DNA of 64,000 nucleotides from assembly GCA_041750285.1 (NCBI GenBank), contig JBGSZS010000004.1:96001-160000 (forward strand), read 5' to 3'. Shown here piece after piece: positions 1-10,069 of this stretch (its first letter is position 1; each line of letters begins with the position of its first letter). The notes under the pieces were generated by a model that saw only the letters and a program-made list of their open reading frames with translations, searched no databases and had not been told where the DNA came from. The DNA is from Candidatus Fermentibacteraceae bacterium (GTDB taxonomy: Bacteria > Fermentibacterota > Fermentibacteria > Fermentibacterales > JCC-6). The position numbers were made by a program, and so were the translations under genes.

Positions 1-905
1 TTTCCACGGCTGAATGGAAAAGACTGCTTGAGGAGATGCGCGCCGCGGGAACGATGAGGATCGGCGTCTGGGGCGGGGAACCCATGACACGCAGGGACAT
101 AGTCGAGCTCTGTTCGTACGCCAGGGAACTTGGCATGTATGTGAGCATCGACTCCAACGGCTATCTGATCCCGTCGAGGCCGGAGATACTCGATGCGGTC
201 GACCATGTAGTGATCTCCCTGGACGGCCCGCCCCACGCACACGACGCCAACAGGGAACTCGGCAGCTGGCTTCGCACCATGGAGGCCGTAAGGCTTTGCT
301 CGGGCAGGGTGCGCCTCTGGACCATCACCGTGCTCACCTCGAACAACATCAACGAGCTGGACTGGATAATGGACACCGCCAGGGAGTACGGCTTCATGAC
401 CACTTTTCAGACCCTTCACCACAACGATTCCCTGGGCGGCGACACCTCGGCAATGAGGCCATCCAACGACGAGTACAGGCAGGCCTTCGTGCGGCTTCTC
501 GAGCTGAAGAAAAAAGGCGCACCCATCGCCCTCAGCGCCGGTTTTCTGAAGAAGATCGCCCAGTGGCCCGACTTCACCGCAACAAGGCTTCCGGGAAAGT
601 TCTACGGCCCACGGTGCCGCGCGGGGAGGATGTTCTGCAACATCGATGTCGACGGAAGGGTCTACCCGTGCTCCCTTCTCATCGGCGAGTACCCGGGCGC
701 CCTCAACGCCCTGGAGGTGGGCTTCGAAAAGGCGTTCCGCGCCGCTTCGGAGCTGCCGTGCCAGGCATGCACGGCAAGTTGCTACCCTGAGTACAACTAC
801 CTTTACGCGCTAAACCCGTCGGTTGCGCTGGACTGGCACAGGAGTGTGGGGACGACCGACCGGATGATGCGCGACGCAAGGGAAAGAAAGACCCCCGAAG
901 ATTGA
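1..905 (+). CDS. Radical SAM protein with SPASM/twitch C-terminal domain (5'-truncated by window edge)
   Basis: Frame open from the window start (STAEWKRLLEEM...); GGEP, SNG and ISLDG motifs; C-terminal CRAG..CNIDVDGRVYPC...CQACTASC. The CxxxCxxC motif would lie upstream of the window. Confidence 0.85.
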   Translation, partial: STAEWKRLLEEMRAAGTMRIGVWGGEPMTRRDIVELCSYARELGMYVSIDSNGYLIPSRPEILDAVDHVVISLDGPPHAHDANRELGSWLRTMEAVRLCSGRVRLWTITVLTSNNINELDWIMDTAREYGFMTTFQTLHHNDSLGGDTSAMRPSNDEYRQAFVRLLELKKKGAPIALSAGFLKKIAQWPDFTATRLPGKFYGPRCRAGRMFCNIDVDGRVYPCSLLIGEYPGALNALEVGFEKAFRAASELPCQACTASCYPEYNYLYALNPSVALDWHRSVGTTDRMMRDARERKTPED

Positions 906-924
906 TGTCTCCGGGGGTCCGCAG

Positions 925-1578
925 TTACTGCAGCTGGAACCTGTACTGAAGGGTCGTCCAGACCGCCGCAGGAATGTTGTTGTTCCGTGCGGGTGTCCAC
1001 CGTGTGTTCCATGCGGCGTTCATCGCGGCTTCATCAAGTGACGATACCCCGCTCGATGCGTAGAGCTGGACCTGCTCGACGCTTCCGCCTGCATTGACGA
1101 ACACCCAGAGCGTAACGGTGCCTTCGATCCCCGCCATACGGGCCATTTCGGGGTATGTGGGCGCCGGCATGAACGTGCAGACCGGAAACACTTCGGCAGG
1201 CATGAACCTGGGAGGGCCGGCCTCGGCGCCGTCGGGAAGCTGGTCGGGATTGGTCTCGATCGTCCCGACGGTGGAGAGACCCAAAGTGTCGGAACTCAGG
1301 CTGATGGTGACGTCCGGGGTGATATCCCTTATCACATCCTCGATCTGGTTCTCCATCACCTGCTGCTGATCCTCCACCCGCTCCTGCTGGTCCTCCACGG
1401 TGGTGTCGAACGGAAGAAAGGTGTCAACCGCTTCCAGGGCATCGTCAGTGGTCCTCACCGACAGCCTTCCGAGCTCGGATGCCGGCATGAACTGGAAGAA
1501 TGCGTTGAGAATGACAAGTCCTGCCAGAAGACCGATATCGTAACCCGGTGAGTAGCTCCGTCGTGTCGTGTAACTCAT
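925..1578 (-). CDS. TonB family energy transducer
   Basis: GGAGG RBS before ATG 1578; N-terminal TM helix; C-terminal PTYPEMARMAGIEGTVTLWVFVNAGGSV...SSG..LDEAA...WTPA TonB_C signature. Confidence 0.85.
   Translation of the reverse strand: MSYTTRRSYSPGYDIGLLAGLVILNAFFQFMPASELGRLSVRTTDDALEAVDTFLPFDTTVEDQQERVEDQQQVMENQIEDVIRDITPDVTISLSSDTLGLSTVGTIETNPDQLPDGAEAGPPRFMPAEVFPVCTFMPAPTYPEMARMAGIEGTVTLWVFVNAGGSVEQVQLYASSGVSSLDEAAMNAAWNTRWTPARNNNIPAAVWTTLQYRFQLQ
1345..1398 (-). repeat. In-frame 21-bp tandem repeat (about 2.5 copies) in the TonB linker
   Basis: gtggaggaccagcaggagcgg / gtggaggatcagcagcaggtg / atggagaaccag encode VEDQQER-VEDQQQV-MENQ. Confidence 0.6.
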
Positions 1579-1624
1579 CTTCGCACCTCCTCTCTCTGAC
1601 CGAGGTACGATGGGGAACCCGGTT

Positions 1625-1945
1625 CTATTCCACGTCGGAGCCCTTCCGCGAGGGATACTTCCTGCCGTTCTTGCCGATCTTGTCGATAACGGCGCTCTCA
1701 GGATCGATGCCGAGAACATCGAAGAGCCTGAGTGCGTAGATCGTGATGTCGGCCAGTTCCTCCCCGGCGTGAACCTTCTGCTGAGCCGTGAGGTTCATGC
1801 ATTCACCCGGGGTCATCCACTGGAAGATCTCCATGAGTTCCGCAGCTTCCACCGCGAGGGCCATGGAAAGGTTCTTGGGCGTGTGATACTGCTCCCATCC
1901 CCTTTCCTCGGCGAAGTTCCTTATGCTTTTCCCGAGTTCCTTCAT
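1625..1945 (-). CDS. MazG-like nucleotide pyrophosphohydrolase (dCTPase-like)
   Basis: FAEERGWEQYHTPKNLSMALAVEAAELMEIFQW...EELADI...KIGKNGRKYP. Confidence 0.9.
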   Translation of the reverse strand: MKELGKSIRNFAEERGWEQYHTPKNLSMALAVEAAELMEIFQWMTPGECMNLTAQQKVHAGEELADITIYALRLFDVLGIDPESAVIDKIGKNGRKYPSRKGSDVE

Positions 1946-1946
1946 G

Positions 1947-3821
1947 TCAGTCCAGAAGAAGCAGCCTGGAAACCTGACGCAGGTTTCCCGGTGCCCTGGC
2001 TTCAAGGAAATACGTGCCGGAGGGAAGGGCTGCCAATGTGAACGCCCTGTTGCCCGGAGCCAGAACCTGTGATAGAACCAGCCTTCCGCTCACATCGTAC
2101 AGCGCCATGCTCAGGGGAAGGCTCTCGGTGCCCTGCCAGTCGATGGAGGCGGTTCCGGCTGACGGATTGGGATACACCCACAGGGTTGATGTTCCTCCCG
2201 GCGGCGGAGACGGTCTCTCGTCGACACCGAGAACCATGTTGCAGAGTATCTTCACGGAAGGGTCAAATGTCGCGGAGGAAGGATCGAACGGGGTCTGGAA
2301 GATCACGGTCTGGTCCTGGGTGTCGTTCCACATGGTCACAAGGGTGTCCTGGCCCTCCCCCTCCACAAGGAATTCGAGGGGCATCTCGAAGAACGTTCCG
2401 AAATCCTGGGACTGATGGACCGTGACCTGGACCTGACCCAGCGAGAACTGGTAGCTGATGTCGTAGACCGGGTATCCGTAACCGTAGACCCATTCGTCGA
2501 AAAACCACGTCAGGTCACCGTAGTGGTTCGAAAGATGCTCCCTCAGGTCATCGCTGGTGGCAAGCCCGAACTGGAACTCGTCGAAGTACTCGCTGAGGGC
2601 CTGGAAGAACGGTTCGTCGCCCATTAGGCGCCGCAGCATGTGAAGCACCGCAGCACCCTTCTGGTAGGTTGTGTAGCTCCAGTACTGCTGGGGTGTCGAT
2701 GGTGATGCCAGGGGAAACACCTCCCCGCTGTTCAGATAGGGTATCATTATGTCCGACACCATGTAGTCCATGTATGAACCCCAGCCGTAGGTCTCCATCC
2801 ACAGGGGCTCTCCGAACGTGGCAAACCCCTCGCTGAGCCAGACGTCGGACCACTCCGCCTCGGTCACGCAGTCGCCCCACCACTGATGGGTCATTTCATG
2901 CGCAAGGAGCCAGTCATAGTTGGTCGAGCCGTTAATGGCGCTCGCTATGTGAAAGACCGCGGACTGGTGCTCCATGTCGCCTTTAGGCGTCTGGACGTAG
3001 CTGAACTTGCAATCCCAGGGGTACGCGCCGTAGAGGGATTCGAGCCTTGCCATCATCAGGTCGACGTTCTGGAAGCTTCCCACGGCATCCTCGACGTCCC
3101 ATGAGTAGACGTAGTAATAAAGCCTTGGATCATCGTCGTCGTGGAGGACCTCGTAGTCGGCCACACTGATGGCAGCGAGATAGGTGGCCATGGGGAGAGG
3201 CTGCTCCCAATGGTAGGTGAGAGTGCCGTCCCCATTCTGGGTAACACCTGCCGAATCACCGTTTGCAACGGCGTACAGGGTGTCAGGCACTGTCACGCTG
3301 AAGCTGAATCCTGCCTTGTCCGAGGGATGGTCAACGCAGGGGAACATGCATTTCCCCATGGATGGATCATCCTGGTAGACACCGACGCCCATCTGGTAGG
3401 TGACGTACTGGTGGAACCAGAAACCGCCCCAGGACTCGTGGAAAGGCGTTCCGGAGTAGGTTATGACCAGCTCGACAACGTCAGAGGGACCCGCGGGAGG
3501 TGACAACGTTATGAGAAGGGAATCTCCGGACTGACCGAAGGCCATCGGCGAGCCTTCCATGGTCACGGCGGATACCTCGAGCTGCTTCAGGTCAAGAAGG
3601 ACCTCTTCCAGAGTGCCTTCGGTCGGCACCAGGGTGACCGTGGCCACACCTGAAAGTATCCCGTTCACACGGTCTATGTCGAGATCCAGATCGTACTGGA
3701 GAACATCGAAAGGCCTTGCCGTATACTCATTCAGGGTATACTGGAATGGAGGGGAAAGCGGTCTTGTCCAGGCCGCGTGATCCGGCATAGGTGCTGCAGC
3801 AAGAATAAGGCAGAGATACAT
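1947..3821 (-). CDS. M1 family metallo-aminopeptidase with C-terminal T9SS-type sorting domain
   Basis: GDMEH, HEMTHQWWGD + WLSEGFA (HExxH-x18-E), YQKGA; C-terminus VYPNP...LYDVSGRLV...LPSGTYF. Confidence 0.9.
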   Translation of the reverse strand: MYLCLILAAAPMPDHAAWTRPLSPPFQYTLNEYTARPFDVLQYDLDLDIDRVNGILSGVATVTLVPTEGTLEEVLLDLKQLEVSAVTMEGSPMAFGQSGDSLLITLSPPAGPSDVVELVITYSGTPFHESWGGFWFHQYVTYQMGVGVYQDDPSMGKCMFPCVDHPSDKAGFSFSVTVPDTLYAVANGDSAGVTQNGDGTLTYHWEQPLPMATYLAAISVADYEVLHDDDDPRLYYYVYSWDVEDAVGSFQNVDLMMARLESLYGAYPWDCKFSYVQTPKGDMEHQSAVFHIASAINGSTNYDWLLAHEMTHQWWGDCVTEAEWSDVWLSEGFATFGEPLWMETYGWGSYMDYMVSDIMIPYLNSGEVFPLASPSTPQQYWSYTTYQKGAAVLHMLRRLMGDEPFFQALSEYFDEFQFGLATSDDLREHLSNHYGDLTWFFDEWVYGYGYPVYDISYQFSLGQVQVTVHQSQDFGTFFEMPLEFLVEGEGQDTLVTMWNDTQDQTVIFQTPFDPSSATFDPSVKILCNMVLGVDERPSPPPGGTSTLWVYPNPSAGTASIDWQGTESLPLSMALYDVSGRLVLSQVLAPGNRAFTLAALPSGTYFLEARAPGNLRQVSRLLLLD

Positions 3822-5396
3822 TTACTGTTCCTCCCAGTCCAGAAGAAGCCCGTCTATGAACTCACGAATGATGCTCAGCCTTGGGATCATGCTTTCCCGG
3901 ATCGGCTCGACGCATGCCAGAAGCCTGAGAAGCCGCCTGGCCGTGTGGTAATCGGTGCTGCCGGGCTGCACGTCGGAAAGGAGCGACTCGGCATACGGTT
4001 TCAATGCCGCCAGTTCGTATGGAAGCGAGGAGTTGAACATGAGGTCGGCCTCCTCCTGAAAGGGAAAGATATGGGTCCTCTCCCCCCTGCGGACGCTTGA
4101 CCATCCCTTGATCGTCTGGGATGCGGTGTACCCCCGTGAGAAGCTGTCCCTTACTATCCTTCGCAGAAGCCGGCCGTCGGAGGTGGACATCCTGGTAAGC
4201 CTGTCGATGTTCAGGGTCGTGAGGGCAGAGATGTAGACCAGGAACTTGGAATCGTGATCCAGACCGGGAGTCATCCCCGGATTGAGGCCATGGATCCCCT
4301 CGATCAACAGTATATCGTTGTCCTTCAGGCGCATGGGCTCAACGTCATCCTCCCGGACCCCGCTGTGGAAGTCGAACCTGGGAAGCCTTACCTCGGCACC
4401 CTCGAGCAGGAGTTTCAGGTGCTTTCCGAACAACCCGGTCTCCAGGGCTTCGAGGCACTCGAAGTCGAAGGACCCGTCCGGGTTCTTGGGTGTCTCGACC
4501 CGATTCCTGAAGTAGTTGTCGACACTTATCATCCTTGCCCGCAACCCCTGGGCGCCCAGATAGGCGGCGAGCATCCTCGTGAAGGTCGTTTTCCCGCTGG
4601 ATGAGGGCCCGGCGATCATGACGATCCGCTTGGACGGAAACTGGTCCGACACCTGATTGACTATCTGGACCATCTTGCTGTTCTGATAGAAGTGGCACAT
4701 CATCACAAGCTCGCGTCCCCCATCCTGACGGATCCTTCGGTTGAGCGCGTCGATGGTCTGGGTGTTCATCACGTTCAGATGCCTTTCCTCGAGGTCAAGC
4801 TCATGCCCCAGTTTTCTCCTCTCGTGCCAGGGGGAGATCGAGGGCCATGAGCCGGAGCCCGGGAATCTGAGAAGGAAACTGCCTCCAAGGGGGCGGAGCT
4901 CCCACAGGGAAAGCCATGACGTATCGGGAACGGTGGGCCCCATGGCAAAGGCCGAGCACCCTTCAAGGGTGTTCAGATGGTAGTCGCCAGTCCCCTTGTG
5001 CCATCTGGCCAGCAGACCCGGCTCTCCTTCGAGGGAAAGCGCCTCGTCGGATGAAAGCACGCGGTACTCGAACGGAAGGGCCCGGTCGACGATCCCTTGA
5101 AGGCACCGGCCAATCCTTTCCACGGCATCGGCCGCGCTGGACACCGAGCCGCCCTCGAGACGGCACCGGTAGCCCAGGGAAATGGCGTGCTCCACCCACA
5201 GCCTTGCCCCGGGGAAAGCCTCCCGGCATGCGAGCTCGAGGGCGAGGATCAGCCCTCTTCTGTATACCTCGCGGCCCTCGTCAGAATCCGGTGCAATGCT
5301 TTCGCCCCTTGAACCGGGTTCAAGCGGCTGGATCTGCCCCGTTGAGTCAACCCGGGCGATCGCGGGGAGAGTCAGGAGTTTTGAGTGCTTTGTCAT
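3822..5396 (-). CDS. Uridine/nucleoside kinase with N-terminal ThrRS-like region
   Basis: Walker A AGPSSSGKTT, SVDNYF, IEGIHGLN, RLLRRIVRD, IFPFQEEAD.MFNSSL.YEL; AAAGGA RBS before ATG 5396. Confidence 0.85.
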   Translation of the reverse strand: MTKHSKLLTLPAIARVDSTGQIQPLEPGSRGESIAPDSDEGREVYRRGLILALELACREAFPGARLWVEHAISLGYRCRLEGGSVSSAADAVERIGRCLQGIVDRALPFEYRVLSSDEALSLEGEPGLLARWHKGTGDYHLNTLEGCSAFAMGPTVPDTSWLSLWELRPLGGSFLLRFPGSGSWPSISPWHERRKLGHELDLEERHLNVMNTQTIDALNRRIRQDGGRELVMMCHFYQNSKMVQIVNQVSDQFPSKRIVMIAGPSSSGKTTFTRMLAAYLGAQGLRARMISVDNYFRNRVETPKNPDGSFDFECLEALETGLFGKHLKLLLEGAEVRLPRFDFHSGVREDDVEPMRLKDNDILLIEGIHGLNPGMTPGLDHDSKFLVYISALTTLNIDRLTRMSTSDGRLLRRIVRDSFSRGYTASQTIKGWSSVRRGERTHIFPFQEEADLMFNSSLPYELAALKPYAESLLSDVQPGSTDYHTARRLLRLLACVEPIRESMIPRLSIIREFIDGLLLDWEEQ

Positions 5397-5890
5397 CAGG
5401 CATCCTTTCCCGGCAGGCATCCTTCGAACCAATCATAAAGGAGGGGGCACCCGTGAGGAAGGGAGAGCCTGGCGGCACCCGTCCGAATGCGCCGGGGAAG
5501 GGTTTTTCATGGCCCCCGTGATGATGACGGCCTTGTCATAAGTTCATGGTAAGAGGAGTTAAGACTACTTTCCCCCGAACATGACAGGGTTTCACTGAAA
5601 AATGGGGGGGATTTCCTCCCGGGGCGGTGTCCATTCAGGGGCAAAACAAGGCGACATGGCCGATTTTGTCTTAATTCTGATTTTATTGTATGTGTAAAAT
5701 AACCTATACCGGAATCCCACAACTACGGTCCCCAAGGTGGGGCGGCGGGCTGAAAGGTGTGACAACAATACACACATCTCCTCTTACGATGAACCGTTAA
5801 TCCCAATCCCACCGAAACCGGCCTTTCCGGGAGCCGTTGACCTGGGCAGCCTTTGTTCCCATTATCCATGTTCAAGTTGGAGGTGATCGT

Positions 5891-6277
5891 ATGATCTGTG
5901 TTTTAGTGCTCTTCCTTTTCTTCTCCTCCTCCCCTCCCCTTCTGGATGTGGAGGACTCCCTGGATCGGGGGGCTACGGCCCTCTACACGGTTTCCCTTCA
6001 GGAGGGAACCGAATACTGGATCATGCTCGAGGCTGGAAGCGGGTCTTCCGAAACCGACTTCGACGTGATCGTGGCCGGCAGGGAAATGAACCTCGAGCAG
6101 TTCATGAACCTTCCGTACAGGGAGGACTTCGAGTACGCCCGCAGTCATGCCTGCGCCACGGGGTGTGAACAGGGAGGCGAAAGCTTCACCCTTTCCGCCC
6201 AATACACGGGGGTCTACTACATCGTGGTCCACGATGCCGGTCAGACCGGCGGCACATTCCGGCTGAAGCTTCAGTGA
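5891..6277 (+). CDS. Small secreted protein, pre-peptidase C-terminal (PPC)-like beta domain
   Basis: GGAGG RBS; hydrophobic N-terminus; TDFDV...GGESFTLSAQYTGVYYIVVH pattern. Confidence 0.6.
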   Translation: MICVLVLFLFFSSSPPLLDVEDSLDRGATALYTVSLQEGTEYWIMLEAGSGSSETDFDVIVAGREMNLEQFMNLPYREDFEYARSHACATGCEQGGESFTLSAQYTGVYYIVVHDAGQTGGTFRLKLQ

Positions 6278-6284
6278 CCGGGGC

Positions 6285-7601
6285 ATGTCCAGGGATTTCA
6301 CCGTTCTAGAACTCAACAGGGCGGCGGGAGAAATGCTTTCAATGGCGTTCCCCGAACCCGTCTGGGTAAGGGGTGTAGTTGCCCTGGCCAAAAAGGGCAG
6401 CCCCGCAGGCCATCAATACTTCCAGATCACCGATCCCTGTCCCGAGGGAGGTCAGACCCCCGCCGCCGCCGATTGCGCCCTGTTCGCGGGAGAAAGGATG
6501 AGGATATCGAGGGAGGTGGGCAGGCTGGGTCTGCTTTTCACCATCGAAGACGGCATGGAGGCCAGGTTTCAGGTCAGCCCGAGCATCTATGAGCGAAACG
6601 GCAGGTTCTCGTACATAGTGCGGGGCTTCGATCCAGAGTACACCGGCTCGGCTTCGGCCATCCATCTGAAGAGGCTGGTCGAAAAACTCGGGAGAGAAGG
6701 GATACTTGGCGAGAACGGAACGCTCCCCTTTCCGCGGGTACCCCTGAAGGTGGGGCTGGTCACCGCCGAGAACTCCGCCGCCGCGGAAGACTTCCTACAA
6801 ACCCTCAGGGAAAGTGGATACCCATTCGAGGTATACACGTCGTGGGCGCCCATGCAGGGAGTGGAAACCGCAGCCGGAGTGAATGCGGCCCTTGTCAGGC
6901 TGATCACCGTGGCTGGTCTGGACGTGGCTGTCATCACAAGGGGTGGAGGCAGCACCACCGACCTTGCCTGGTTCAACGACGAAAGCATTGCCCGCACGAT
7001 TGCGCAGCTTCCCTTCCCCGTCATTTCGGGAATAGGCCACGAGACCGACATGACACTGCCCGATTTCGCTTCCCACACCCGGGCAAAGACCCCCACGCAC
7101 GCCGCAATGCTGCTCGTTGACAGCGTTGCCGGTTTCATTGATGCCATCGAGGACTGTGCCGTAAGCCTTGGCAGGGCGGCCTCGCCCAGGCTCACACTGG
7201 AAAGGCTGAAGCTTTCCCAGTTGACCTCAACGCTTGCGAAAAAGGCGGAAAGACCATCGGTCCATTTCATCGGGATCATTTCCAGAGCGACCGCGATGAT
7301 CCAGGGAAGGGTTCTGCCAAGGGTATCGGGTCATCACAGAACCCTCGACCATCTGCAGTCCAGGATCCTGAACCTGGTCTCGGCGGGATTGTCCGCAAGG
7401 CTTTCATCGCTCGACCGGATGGAAGCCGCCGTTTCCAGGCGTGACCCGGCGAAAATGCTCGCCCTGGGCTGGTCGCTGGCCCTCGATTCCACTGGCAGAA
7501 CCATTTCATCGGTGTCTTCGGTCAAACCCCGTGACACCGTCCATCTGAAGCTTTCCGACGGAAAACTGAAGACACGAGTCGAAAGGGTGGAAAGTACTTG
7601 A
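6285..7601 (+). CDS. xseA: Exodeoxyribonuclease VII large subunit
   Basis: N-terminal OB fold (VWVRG..GHQYF), ITRGGGS..DL..FNDE, PVISGIGHETD, KTPTHAA; followed by xseB. Confidence 0.95.
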   Translation: MSRDFTVLELNRAAGEMLSMAFPEPVWVRGVVALAKKGSPAGHQYFQITDPCPEGGQTPAAADCALFAGERMRISREVGRLGLLFTIEDGMEARFQVSPSIYERNGRFSYIVRGFDPEYTGSASAIHLKRLVEKLGREGILGENGTLPFPRVPLKVGLVTAENSAAAEDFLQTLRESGYPFEVYTSWAPMQGVETAAGVNAALVRLITVAGLDVAVITRGGGSTTDLAWFNDESIARTIAQLPFPVISGIGHETDMTLPDFASHTRAKTPTHAAMLLVDSVAGFIDAIEDCAVSLGRAASPRLTLERLKLSQLTSTLAKKAERPSVHFIGIISRATAMIQGRVLPRVSGHHRTLDHLQSRILNLVSAGLSARLSSLDRMEAAVSRRDPAKMLALGWSLALDSTGRTISSVSSVKPRDTVHLKLSDGKLKTRVERVEST

Positions 7602-7804
7602 AAGCCAAGAACCGGTCATACGCCGAGATGATGGACGAACTCACAAGGCTCGTTGACGAGGTTGGCCGGGAGGACTGCCCGGTTGACGGACTTGAAAGCC
7701 GTGTTGCCCGGGCTGCCGAGCTCATAGGTCTTTTGAGGGAGAAGCTGAAGGCCACCGAAACCGCCGTAAAGAACGTTCTGTCCGGCCTGGATTCAGCCGA
7801 ATAG
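7598..7804 (+). CDS. xseB: Exodeoxyribonuclease VII small subunit
   Basis: 68 aa, SYAEMMDELTRLV...RAAELI..LREKL pattern; 4-nt overlap with the xseA stop. Confidence 0.9.
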   Translation: MKAKNRSYAEMMDELTRLVDEVGREDCPVDGLESRVARAAELIGLLREKLKATETAVKNVLSGLDSAE

Positions 7805-8785
7805 GGCCTTCACGCATCGAACGACCTGATCGGGTTCAGGCCTGATGAGGGAGACCGACCACGGCGACAGCGGTCCGAACCTGCGGGCATCGTCCTTCTG
7901 AAACACTGCGACGACCGGCACCCCCATGGCCGATGCCACGTGCATGGGTCCGCTGTCGGGGCAAACGAACACGCCAAGTCCAGACACCTTCTGCGCGAAC
8001 TCAGGGAGATTCATGGGCGGCATCTTCACTGCCCCGTACTGAACGAGAGCATCGGCGATGCCCTCTTCCTGCGTGTTTCCCCAGAAGACCCCGACCGGTG
8101 CCAGCCCGGAAAGGCGCCCGACCAGTTCCTGCAAAAACCCGGACGGGAGGGCCTTGTCTCCCTTGGCTCCCGGATGAATGCCTATCAGCCTGCTTCTGGG
8201 TTCCCTGGGAAGCGCCAGCCTGGGAGGCCTCCATCTCGGCCAGCCCGGCCAGACGGCACCAACCGCATGGAGGGCACGGCTCTCGTGCTGATCGGTCCCC
8301 GGCATGGACGAGGGTGAGCACGTGTACCAGCCCGGTTCGGCACCCAGAGGCGATCCCACACGGTGCGGACAACCCGCAAGGGCGGTGATGACCGCCGAGG
8401 AGAGGGAGAAACCATGGGGATGCGAGGCGTCGATCACAACATCGAACTCCTGCTGCCTGAGCCGGTGGACAAGTCCGATAAGCAACCAGGGCCTTTTCGC
8501 CATGGTTTTCTTGGCCACGGGTATCAGCTTCCACCCCTGGCCTTCGAGGATGTGATGGAAGACGTTGCTGACGAGCACGCTCACTACCGCCGAGGGAAAC
8601 TTCTCGCGCAGCGCGTTCAGCAGGGAAGTGAGCATCACCAGGTTTCCGAGGCGGTTGTCCACCCTGACAACGAGTATCCTCTCGGGACTGGATGGGGGCC
8701 TGCCCGGTCCACCGGACAGAAGAAGCCTTTTCAGGGGTGTCTGGAGAACGCGACGCCCCCATCGCTCGAAACCCTTCAGGTTCAA
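7793..8785 (-). CDS. Glycosyltransferase family 9 (LPS heptosyltransferase-like)
   Basis: ILVVRVDNRLGNLVM, IGIHPGA, VCPDSGPMHVASAMGVPVVAVF. Confidence 0.9.
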   Translation of the reverse strand: MNLKGFERWGRRVLQTPLKRLLLSGGPGRPPSSPERILVVRVDNRLGNLVMLTSLLNALREKFPSAVVSVLVSNVFHHILEGQGWKLIPVAKKTMAKRPWLLIGLVHRLRQQEFDVVIDASHPHGFSLSSAVITALAGCPHRVGSPLGAEPGWYTCSPSSMPGTDQHESRALHAVGAVWPGWPRWRPPRLALPREPRSRLIGIHPGAKGDKALPSGFLQELVGRLSGLAPVGVFWGNTQEEGIADALVQYGAVKMPPMNLPEFAQKVSGLGVFVCPDSGPMHVASAMGVPVVAVFQKDDARRFGPLSPWSVSLIRPEPDQVVRCVKALFG

Positions 8786-10062
8786 GCTCTCTCCCCGTAA
8801 TGGGTCCAGCCGTCAGCCCTTGTTATGCTTACATCAAGGAAGCTCCCCGCGCGGGTTCCGTCATCGGGAACGACTACCACCCTGTTCCCGGGAGTCCTGC
8901 CGATGAGCTGGCCCTTCCGGGTCCCGGGGCCCGTGACAAGCACGGGAAGGCAGCGCCCGACAAGCAGGGACGATCTCTCGCGCGTAACGGCATTCTGAAG
9001 CTCCTGCAGCCTGTGAAGCCTTGCAAGCCTTTCGGGAACGGGAATGGAGCCGGGCATCCCGGCGGCCCTGGTTCCCTTTCTCTCGCTGTAGCGGAAGAGG
9101 AAGCCGTAATCGAAGCGAACCCCGGAGAGCAGGGAGAGGCTATCCTGAAAATCAGCCTCGGATTCTCCGGGAAAACCGGCGATCATGTCGGTGGAGAGCA
9201 CTATCCCGGGCATTCTGTCGCGGAGCATGGCAATCTTTTCAAGGTATTCAGACCTTGTATAGCCCCTGTTCATGCCCCTGAGAACGGCGTCACTGCCTGA
9301 CTGGGCAGGCAGGTGAACGGCCCGGCAGATGTTCGGATGGCTGGCCATGACATCGGCCAGGACCTCGTCGAGGTCCCTGGGATGGCTGGTGACGAACCTT
9401 ATCCATGCCGGCGCAGCGGCCCTGGCCACACTGTCGAGAAGGCCCGGGAACGCAACCTGTCCGCTTCTGTATGAATTGACGTTCTGACCGAGCAGTGTGA
9501 TCTCCCGGTAGCCCGATTCCACGAGGCTCCTGACCTCCCCGAGGATGGCTTCCGGCGTTCTGCTTCGCTCCCTGCCCCTCACGAAGGGAACGATGCAGTA
9601 GCTGCAGAAATTGTCGCACCCCCTTGTGATGGTCACGAAAGCCCTTGGAAACGTGTCACGAACCGATGGCAGGGTTTCGTAGTCGTCCGATCCCTGTTCG
9701 ACCATGGCCGTCCTGGAACCGGACGCAATCAGTTCGGGAAGCCGATGGTAGGCGTCGGGGCCAACGACCAGGTCGATCTGCGGAAACCGCTCGAGGAGGC
9801 TGTCGCCGTGCTCCTGGGCCACGCATCCGCATATCACGACAAGCGGCTTCCTGCCGCGGGAGCCCCCGGCGAGCTGGGTGGCCCTGCCGAGGGCCCTGAC
9901 CTCGGCACGCTCGCGGACGGCACAAGTGACAACAATGATCACGTCGGCTTTTTCCGGGCTTTCCGATCTTTCGTGACCGGACGAGAGAAGGATGCCCTCA
10001 AGCTGCTGGGAATCCCTCACGTTCATCTGGCAGCCATAGACTTCCATGTGGTATGCAGGCAT
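8782..10062 (-). CDS. miaB: tRNA-2-methylthio-N6-dimethylallyladenosine synthase
   Basis: YGCQMN..DS, TCAVRERAE, GCVAQ, CDNFCSYCIVP..RGRERSR, LLGQNVNSY, C-terminal TRAM domain. Confidence 0.93.
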   Translation of the reverse strand: MPAYHMEVYGCQMNVRDSQQLEGILLSSGHERSESPEKADVIIVVTCAVRERAEVRALGRATQLAGGSRGRKPLVVICGCVAQEHGDSLLERFPQIDLVVGPDAYHRLPELIASGSRTAMVEQGSDDYETLPSVRDTFPRAFVTITRGCDNFCSYCIVPFVRGRERSRTPEAILGEVRSLVESGYREITLLGQNVNSYRSGQVAFPGLLDSVARAAAPAWIRFVTSHPRDLDEVLADVMASHPNICRAVHLPAQSGSDAVLRGMNRGYTRSEYLEKIAMLRDRMPGIVLSTDMIAGFPGESEADFQDSLSLLSGVRFDYGFLFRYSERKGTRAAGMPGSIPVPERLARLHRLQELQNAVTRERSSLLVGRCLPVLVTGPGTRKGQLIGRTPGNRVVVVPDDGTRAGSFLDVSITRADGWTHYGERA

Positions 10063-10069
10063 CAGAGCA

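Noticed and set aside
5640..5870. AT-rich gap as a possible replication origin
   Set aside because: No cluster of TTATCCACA DnaA boxes (only one two-mismatch ttatccatg) and no dnaA/gidA context.
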